From assembly GCA_964016885.1 (NCBI GenBank), contig OZ024743.1, positions 365,986,001 to 366,050,000 on the forward strand: DNA of 64,000 nucleotides, given 5' to 3'. Below, one piece after another: positions 55,487 through 64,000 of the stretch. This DNA is from Eledone cirrhosa (lineage: Eukaryota). Position 1 is the first letter of the stretch; each line of letters begins with the position of its first letter. Both the position numbers and the translations under genes were made by a program. The notes under the pieces are model-generated. The model made no database searches and was not told the DNA's origin. It was given only the letters and a program-made list of their open reading frames with translations.

Positions 55487-57372
55487 CATCATCATAAGCA
55501 TCATCATCGTTTAACGTCCATCTTCCACGCGAACATGGGTTTAGACGGGAATTTTCCCACTTGAGGCAAGATTGGTTGTCTTGCTCGTATAGGACTGTCT
55601 GGCGGGTTTTCTACGGCTGGATGCCCTTCCTAACACCAACCACGTTTACAGTGTGGACTGGGAGGTTTTTACCGTGTTACCTACACGGCCACATTACAGC
55701 GTGGACTGTGTGGTTTTTTTTTTGTCGTGACACCTACACGACCTCATTTGTTTAGGACTGGATGTTGTGGTACCAACATATCTTTACATCGAAAGGAGTG
55801 GTGTGGATGGGGTGGGGTAGTGGAACGGGGGTGTATTTTGGTAAGAGGTGCCTACTGACTGTAGTTTTCGCTTTGCACTTAGGCAAGGCGGGTCTTCAGT
55901 ATTACTGCGTAGTGCCAAAGATCTGGGTCCAGTGACATTGTCTTAGAGAGGTGTAAGTGTGTGAGGTCGGAATTTATCAAGTCGTCCAAGGTTTTTCTGG
56001 GTCTGCCTACTCCGTGGCTACCGTCTATTTTGATCGCCCTGCACGTTTTTATACAGCTGTCGTCTTTCATGCGATTCACGTGACCATACAAACGTAGTCT
56101 TCTCTCGAGTAAACAGCATCTGATCCCTCTTATTCCTAATTTCTCACTTGGTTCATTTATGCTTTGCCGTTCACGTATATTACTATTACACATCCAACGA
56201 AGCGTGCAACCTTCGTTCCTCTCCAGTCTGCGTAGATCCTCTGCACACAATGCCCAAGTCTCACTGCCATGTAACATTGCTGTTCGTATGCAGGCATCAT
56301 ACAGCCTGCCTTTCATTTGTAGAGAGAAACCTTTAGCGGCCAATAGTGGTATAAGCTCTCTGAACTTTTTCCATCCCGTTCTGACTCTAGCTACTGTACT
56401 TTCAGAGCACCCTCCACCACTGCTGATTTTATCACCCAGGTAATAGAGCCATCTGTGCAATGGAATTGTCTAGTATTCTGTGGGCACTTGCTGCTACTTA
56501 TTGCACTTGAGCACCGGCCATATATAAAATCTATATTCTTAGTTAGCTTACCTGTGATCCCACTACATCTTTTATGCACCCATACTTTGCATTTGGGACA
56601 TAAAATGGAGTTTCTGCCTACTCCTTTCCTACACACTGAGCATGGCCATTTCCCAGATGGGACCAGTGCCCTATTTTCCTTCCTAAATACTAGAACTTTA
56701 GTCTTAGACAGGTTAATTTTAAGGCCTTTTGATTCTAGGCCATGCTTCCATGTTTGGTATTTCTTCTCTAGTTCAGCCATTGATTCAGCTATAAGCGTTA
56801 GATCATCAGCGCATAGGAGTACCCATGGGCAGCCGGTCTTGAACTCCTCTGTTATAGCCTGTAGGGCAATAATAAATAGGAGGGGGCTAAGGACGGAGCC
56901 CTGATGAACACCAACTTTTACGCTAAACTCTTCACTATATTCGTTGTTAATTCTAACCTTGCTGACTGTTTCTTTATACATGGCTTGTATAGCTCTCACA
57001 AGCCATTCATCAACACCTAGTTTTCTGCGAGCCCACCAGATAATGGGGCGTGGGACTCCGTCAAAGGCTTCTCCAAGTCAACAAAAGCTAAGTATAGCTA
57101 GGTACTTCTCCTGTAGTTGTGGTACAATGAAAAGAGCGTCTGTGATACTTTTACCTGACACAAACCCGAACTGCATTTCATCCAGATCAATTCGCTCTCT
57201 GATTAGTTGCGCTATTACTTTTTCTGTGACCTTCATGACCTGGTCAATTAATTTAATGCCTCTATAGTTTCCCCTATCTAGAGCATCTCCTTTACCCTTG
57301 TAGCAGTTAATGATGATGCTGCTACGCCAGTCCTTCGGTACGACCCCATTCTGTATGACTTGGTTTACTATC
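55487..57372 (-). mobile_element. RTE-clade LINE, 5'-truncated, PHD-like finger within RT, (GAT)n tail
   Basis: VGVHQGSVLSPLLF, LLCADDL, GLKINLSKTK, WPCSVCRKGVGRNSILCPKCKVWVHKRCSG, YLGDKIS, MLHGSETW, RRLRLYGHVNR, GRPRKT; 3' end GACGTTAAACGATGATGATG. Confidence 0.9.
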
Positions 57373-57377
57373 CGGTT

Positions 57378-57437
<60 letters not shown>

Positions 57438-57441
<4 letters not shown>

Positions 57442-58070
57442 ATACTTTGGGAGGGTCATGTTGCCAATAAGAAACACACGCACCAGTTGTTTTCACTGCA
57501 ATTTTCCGGTTGGCTGGTTGGTTCCACAACCGGACGGTTGTTCATATATTGTTAAAGTTCTTTCGTCACACATTCTGTGACCTCTTCAGTGACTGGGAAT
57601 TCTTCTCTTTGTTTTGTGCTTCTCCTTTGTTCTGTCCTACGCCATCTTGTTTTTGTGTGTGTTGTGTGCTTAGTTTGCGCATGTGTTACATCCGCGTGTC
57701 TGTGTGTGTCTTTATTTGTTTATTTATTTGTTTATTAACATGTTACTGGTTGGTTGTTTGTTCTATGTGTGTGTGTTTTCATTTTGTCCTTAATTGTAAG
57801 TTATGATGTTGCTATTCCATTCATGTTTTCTATTTAATTTGGGTTGGAGTTCATTTATGTTTATTGCCTCTGTGATTTGTCTAAACATTGCGTCTTTTCT
57901 GTGTGTAGATTTTATTTTTATTTCTATGTTCGCTAATTTGCCCTTATGTTCTATTTTAGCATGTTGGTGGGGTACTGAGGATCCTTTTCTGTCTTGAAGC
58001 TCTCGCGAGTGTTCATTTAATCGTTCTCCTATACTACGAGCTGTCTCACCTATGTACATTATATTCTTAT
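57438..58070 (-). mobile_element. PLE 3' end (GIY-YIG C-terminus plus pLTR) in (TA)n
   Basis: MYIGETARSIGERLNEH...LQPKLNRKHEW. Confidence 0.88.
57551..57593 (-). ncRNA. Type I hammerhead
   Basis: gtca CTGAAGA g-gtcaca gaatg tgtgac GAAA GAAC TT taac; one stem I mismatch. Confidence 0.65.
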
Positions 58071-58076
58071 ATATAA

Positions 58077-58193
<117 letters not shown>

Positions 58194-58229
58194 GTATATG
58201 TGTGTCTGATGATACACACATACTGCATT

Positions 58230-58885
58230 AACTTTCATATATTTTTCGTAAACAACAAACAAACCCACGCTCGAGTCAAATTTTAGGTGAATAGACTTTC
58301 ATTTGGAAGAAAGTCTCATTAAGCTAGGGCGATGAATCTGACCTCCAAATTACGTGAAAACAATTCCTTTTTCAGAAATCGGAAAGATTTGGCTGCATGT
58401 CGAGCAACCACGTAGCTGTTGACATTTTAACATAGCTGCCTCCTTTCCGAAAAATATCCGTCTCTAGTTCGATAAACGGGGTTGAGATTAGGGAATCCCA
58501 CGAAAGAAAACTATTTTTTTTTAAAAGAAAAGTCCGTGGAAGGGGAAAGCTCCGAGGGCCCGCTCTCTCTTCTCTTTCGGTTTCCCGGGGTGAAATCATT
58601 TGCAGCATAGTCGGAGATAAGATTATTTAGTAACTCACGAACAAACCGAAGAAAAAGAATTATGTCCAACAAAAATCGAGGGGGGTGTTCGAAAAAGTTA
58701 GCGAATTTTTATCATAATTTACTTTTATGGGTTTTCTATTTCAAATTTATTATTGTTGATCTCACAGAATTTGTTATGCCAATATTAGAATCACTAATCA
58801 CAATATGTATGAAGCAAATATATCAAGTTTTGAATAAAATTTCATTATTTTCTTTAACTCGGGCAAAGCTGGGTACTTCTGCTAG
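58230..58885 (+). mobile_element. Helitron 3' portion (5' boundary uncertain)
   Basis: ACTCGGGCAAAGCTGGGT hairpin plus CTAG|T at 58882-58885. Confidence 0.55.
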
Positions 58886-58889
58886 TATG

Positions 58890-59033
<144 letters not shown>

Positions 59034-59154
59034 TAATTTGAGTTTTTCAAATATTAATAATAATATTCGATTCGCTTGCAATTATGCAAACAAGCCTCAT
59101 TTTTAAAGCCATGTCAGTAGAATGAGCCCTTTATTCTTGCTCTTGTGTCGGCAT

Positions 59155-59220
59155 GTAAACAGAACTGCAGACACTAATGTTTCTGGGTATTACCCTTCAT
59201 CAGTACAGTTCACTGTTCAC
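59155..59220 (-). ncRNA. Type I hammerhead ribozyme
   Basis: gtgaacagt-gaactgta CTGATGA a-gggt aat accc-a GAAACATTAGTGTC tgcagttc-tgtttac: 8-bp stem I with extension, GUC site. Confidence 0.85.
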
Positions 59221-59253
59221 CTGCTAACTGTCAGAGCTAGTGAAAATATATGA

Positions 59254-59679
59254 TCTATATTACTAAAACAGAGAATTCCTGTTTGTCTGTCCGTCTGTCC
59301 AACCACTAAAACTCGAGAACCACCCAACCGAGTTTTTTCAAACTTTACACATGTTATACTTATGATCCCGTGAGTGTTTTGAGCAAAAACAATTTCAAAT
59401 TTTCAATGCCCTAGGGACTGCATTAGGCGATTTAGCGACCTCTCTCTATAATTCTTAGTCTTTCTCTTTTTAAATAGATACATAGATATAACGTTGCGCC
59501 ATTATAATATCTGTCTGTATGCCTGGTTGTCTGCATTACGTCATTATGACGCGGTGTGTGTCTGTGTGTGTGTAACGTTTTTCGAAATATTTACTTCTGC
59601 GTTCACAGATTTATTATTTTAGTTTCAGAAGATCCCGTTAAGGGTGAAAGCACCGATTCTTTGCTTAAACTTTAATCTG

Positions 59680-59752
<73 letters not shown>

Positions 59753-60088
59753 TAATTATATATTCGTGTACAGATATTTTTGCATACACATATAAACAAA
59801 AGTATTTATTTCGCGATAAAGTATTGATTTTCTTCGAACGGAAAAAAAAACCTGGTATTGTACGACGAATTTTTTTATAAGCACAAAATGTAGACACCAA
59901 CCTGAGGCCGAGGTATTCCGTACTTCTCTGTACTGTTATTTATATATTCGTGTACAGATATTTTTGCATACACTATAACAAAATATAAACAAACGTATTT
60001 ACTTCACAAGGCTCGAGAAGGAAAAATATATATCCAATATATAAGAACTCTAGATTAAATCCCGAGCAGCGCCGGGCCATTCTGCTAG
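59254..60088 (+). mobile_element. Complete non-autonomous Helitron
   Basis: A|TCTATATTACTAAAA...GTCTGTCCGTCTGTCC...CCCGAGCAGCGCCGGG hairpin...CTAG|T; inserted at an AT dinucleotide, no TSD. Confidence 0.85.
59621..59671 (+). ncRNA. CAGAAGA-variant hammerhead (pLTR fragment inside the Helitron)
   Basis: Same as 3888-3938, followed by (TA)n. Confidence 0.55.
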
Positions 60089-60284
60089 TATTTTCTAAAA
60101 TATACAGTGACTGGCTTTTAAAATGACATAGCTTTAAAAATGAGGCTTGTTTGCATAATTGCAAACGAATCGAATATTGTTATTAATATTCGAAAAACTC
60201 AGATTACATTTATTGTATTCAGTTATGTAGAGCGAAAAATATTTTTTTTTATCAAAGATATATTTTTTTTTAATTATATATATA

Positions 60285-61467
60285 CTAGCAGCTGAGCCCG
60301 GTTGCACCCGGGGCCACTTTTTATTAAGTTAATAATTAAAAAATATTATTGAAAGATTATTATAAATAAGCAGTTTCGGGAAAAAATAGAAATATGCACT
60401 TGGGGCTGGACGGCGTACAATGAGAAGTGGAGCGACGTGAAAAGCGTTGTTTATTAACAGCGAAATAGCAATGTCGATGATATGCAATTTTAAAAAATAC
60501 TACTTACTGTTAGTGGAGGTTAACATGTATTAGAATTAAAATAAAAACACGCGTCCCTTCTTCGCAATTTAAGGGTTTGGGGATACTTGGTTTTAGTGTC
60601 CTAAATTATCATCATCGACATTCAATTATTAGCTCCACCCACTACACGATACGTCACGACACGTCATCAGCTGCTGCTGCGGCTTGATTTTTACATGTTC
60701 ATTTTCTTATATGCTTGATTTTTACACGAAAAAACATTGAATTTTTAGAATAAATATTTATTAAAATATTAACAGAAAAAATTAGATTTTTTATTTATTT
60801 TTTGAACAAAATAAATATTTATTTACAGTTTTTCACAGAAAAACTATGCTTCATTTTTACATGAATATTTATTTACAGTTTTTAACAGAAAAAAAATTGC
60901 TGCGAAATACATTTTTTTTTGTAACAGATTTACAGTTTTTAACAACAGAAAAAAAATTTCTTTAAACAATATATTGTTGCGATATACAGTTTAAAATTGT
61001 TTCGAAACATTTACCTTCGTGACGTATCGTGTAGTGGGTGGAGTTAATAATTGAATGTCGATGATGATAATTTAGGACACTAAAACCAAGTATCGCCAGG
61101 GGTTTTATTTCTTTTGATGGAAAACAGTGACCGTACTGCAGAATCGATTTCATAAAACGGTACTGTATGATCGTTAAATGTAGAAGGATGATAGTTTATT
61201 AACAGCGAAATAGCAATGTCGATGATTATGAAATTGTAAATAAGACAAAAGTATTATAACAGGGGGAAATAACTCACCGAACGCGATAGTTTTGGGGCCC
61301 CAGGGACCACATTTTTCAAGTTAAAGATTTGAAACCTCGTCTATTTGCCTCCTTGGCACTTTTTACATAGGTGTTTAAATTTTCATGTCAGTCCGACCAC
61401 GTCTACAACCATTTAACCGTGCACATTTGAATTTCAACCACCGCCCTTTTCACAAATATATATTAGA
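60285..61467 (-). mobile_element. Non-autonomous Helitron
   Basis: Minus strand A|TCTAATATAT...CCCGGGTGCAACCGGG hairpin...CTAG|T; internal inverted repeat ~60585-60660/~61020-61095. Confidence 0.75.
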
Positions 61468-61624
61468 TATATAATATAAAACGAAAAATCAGCGATGTAT
61501 CTGATTTTTCGTTTTATTTTATATCATACTCTGTTCTGTAAGAGCATAGAGTGCTCAACCGGCATACCGCCTATGGAAGCATCTTAGCTACCATCAGACA
61601 CACATATATATATATATATATGAA

Positions 61625-61697
<73 letters not shown>

Positions 61698-61749
61698 TAT
61701 GAAATACATACATATATATATGTGTGTGTGTGTGTGTATGTATGTATTT

Positions 61750-63162
61750 TATAGTCTACTTATAGACTATAAAAAATTCAATATAGAAAGGACTAGAAAA
61801 CTATTGCACAAAACATTCAAAAACTTTAACCTTAGTATTACCATGGACATAAACACCAAAAACGTCAACTTCCTAGACGCCACACTCTACCTAGACTCAA
61901 TGATATATGCACCTTTCCACAAACCTAATGAAAAACTCATCTACGTAGATACCAAGTCTAACCACCCTAAATATATATTGAACTCTATCTCTAAGGGAGT
62001 ATCTAATAGAATCTCTAATCTATCCTATGACATAAACACATTTAACAATAACTCTCAGTATTATAATCAGGCATTAGCTAGATCAGGCCATAATACAGGG
62101 ATAGAGTTCCTACCTACAAAAACACATAGCTCCAACATCATTTCACACAACATGTCCATGGGAAAATTTAATAATAGGAATAGCAACTGCACACACACTA
62201 ATAGGGATTGTAACAACAAAAGTAACCCGCACCACAGAAATGACCATAGGGACATTAAAGGAAACAAATCACCAGACATAAAAAACAGAAATAGAAGAAG
62301 AAATAATACATTTTTCAACCCTCTTTTCAATTTAAACGTCTCTACCAACCTTCCTAGGGCTTTCTTCTCACTACTAGATAAACACTTCCCATCCGGCCAC
62401 AGGTACCACGGCCTTTTAAACAAAAACACTATTAAGATCTCTTACTCTACTACGCTTAACTTAGCATACCACATAGCTAGTACAAATAAGAGAAAAATTA
62501 ATTCTTACTTCCAACAAACTAAATCACAACGGTCGATAAACCTTCAAAATAACATTCAAAATAACAGTCAAAGTAACATTATATCAAATAACCGTAATAT
62601 CAATGGAAATAATAGTAATAACACTAGTGTAAACATTAACGCTGCGTACCACAACCCACATAACCATAACCCTATAGCTAACATCCAAACTTCTACACAG
62701 CATAGTAACCGGCAGACTAGCACCCAGAGTAATTGTAACTGTAGATCAAGTAGAACCTGCCCTTTAGATAAAAAATGCTTAACCAAGGATATCATATACT
62801 CATGTACAGTCACAACTAACAGCTCTTCTGAAACCTATATAGGCTCCACTTCTAACTGCTTCAAAACTAGATACAATTCGCACCTCCACTCTTTCAAAAA
62901 ACATAGTCTAGCCAACTCCACTTCCCTATCTAGCTACATACACCATCTAAAAACTAAAAATAAAATATATACACTTAAATGGGAAGTGGTAGGTAGTGCA
63001 ACATCGTACAAACCACCTAATAAATTTTGTAACCTCTGTCTACTAGAGACCCATACTATCATCTTCTCTAAACATAATCTCCTTAATAAAAAATCAGAAG
63101 TGTTCGCAACTTGCCAACACCGCTTCCGACACTCGTTCCAAAACTTTAAACCCTATATATAA
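61750..63162 (+). CDS. PLE ORF C-terminal part (RT end, thumb, Asn-rich linkers, GIY-YIG), 5'-truncated
   Basis: VNFLDATL, FHKPNEKLIYVDTKSNHP, RISNLS, YNQALARSG, FFNPLFN, NTIKISYS, CNCRSSRTCPLDKKCL, TYIGST, CNLCLLE, CQHR; uninterrupted frame. Confidence 0.9.
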   Translation, partial: YSLLIDYKKFNIERTRKLLHKTFKNFNLSITMDINTKNVNFLDATLYLDSMIYAPFHKPNEKLIYVDTKSNHPKYILNSISKGVSNRISNLSYDINTFNNNSQYYNQALARSGHNTGIEFLPTKTHSSNIISHNMSMGKFNNRNSNCTHTNRDCNNKSNPHHRNDHRDIKGNKSPDIKNRNRRRNNTFFNPLFNLNVSTNLPRAFFSLLDKHFPSGHRYHGLLNKNTIKISYSTTLNLAYHIASTNKRKINSYFQQTKSQRSINLQNNIQNNSQSNIISNNRNINGNNSNNTSVNINAAYHNPHNHNPIANIQTSTQHSNRQTSTQSNCNCRSSRTCPLDKKCLTKDIIYSCTVTTNSSSETYIGSTSNCFKTRYNSHLHSFKKHSLANSTSLSSYIHHLKTKNKIYTLKWEVVGSATSYKPPNKFCNLCLLETHTIIFSKHNLLNKKSEVFATCQHRFRHSFQNFKPYI

Positions 63163-63754
63163 TAATGTCAGACTGGAACCGGCACCACCCCTAGCAATTA
63201 ACATCAGTAGCACACCTTACACCTCACATCCACACCCATTTCTATACTCTAAAGATAATACTGACAGCAGTTTAGTACCACCTACCTTGGGAATACCCTC
63301 TTGTACCTCTAATTCTGATATCTCGACCGTGGACTACTTATTCTGCATTGCACAAATATAAGATTAGTATAAACTGGGGACACGGTACCGGTTGCGATAA
63401 CATAGTCCTGTGCATGGATTCCCACCAAGAGATAGATTGATGATTAGATAGATAATCGTATTGTTATGTGAATATATACTGTAAACGATCAGTTCAATGA
63501 ATTATGCACGGGAGATGCATGAGTTAGGAGCATCTGTGTTGCCTGGTGACCTGACCGGCACCTTTTGACGAAAGAACCGGCCACCGGACCACCCTGGTGA
63601 ACTTACCGGCGATGCAGTCATACTACGACCTGAATCTCGCCGGGAGTCATGTATGATAATAAGACCATTACTGATAGTGAGACCCATGTAGTTAATTATG
63701 TAGTCTGACTCTTCTTATGGATTGGCCGGGTGTGGCACCCCATGTTGGATTGTG

Positions 63755-64000
63755 GTCATCATGACACGAACTCCTTTAGTACTTGTTACTGGACTCCACC
63801 CTAGCTTGTGGATGGGATACCTGATCTATATGTGGGACGTGGGTTTATGTATTGCTTGGTGGCAAGACAGGTGCCCTGGTATGAGAGATTTAACCTCCAG
63901 ATTGTAATCATCTTGATGTGAACTCCTTTAGTACCTATTAATAGACTCCACTCTGGCTTGTAGATGTGATACTTAATTGATTTATATATGAGACGGGGTT
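63755..64000. repeat. Diverged ~150-bp tandem repeat, probably PLE 3' region
   Basis: GAACTCCTTTAGTAC...GACTCCAC...GCTTGT occurs at ~63768 and ~63920. Confidence 0.5.

Noticed and set aside
61480-61600. Possible hammerhead (minus-strand CTGATGG) with a short inverted repeat
   Set aside because: No GAAA core partner or consistent stems found.

Overview
AT-rich eukaryotic (animal) DNA, densely repetitive. The tRNA-derived SINEs, (GAT)n-tailed RTE and heavy (TA)n/(CA)n/(CATA)n microsatellite load resemble coleoid cephalopod (octopus-like) genomes; the species call is inference. No confidently identifiable host gene is present, only a possible chain of small minus-strand exons at ~18.9-22.8 kb. 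Retroelement content: several Penelope-like elements (PLE; RT and/or GIY-YIG endonuclease), four R4/Dong-type non-LTR elements (three stacked in (TAA)n), RTE elements (one with a PHD-like finger inside the RT), a Tx1/L1-type element and SINEs. DNA transposons: non-autonomous Helitrons, a hAT MITE and a Tc1/mariner MITE. The main signal is a ribozyme system. A 6.45-copy, apparently identical 310-bp tandem array (41981-43978) carries an intact type I hammerhead ribozyme in each highly structured monomer and sits in (TA)n, the signature of a non-LTR retrozyme (candidate circular RNA). There are two further partial-tandem candidates, more than 20 hammerhead-like motifs in about 10 families, and about a dozen fold-back PLE remnants whose inversion points often fall at the ribozyme. 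All motifs were found by eye; none was checked computationally.
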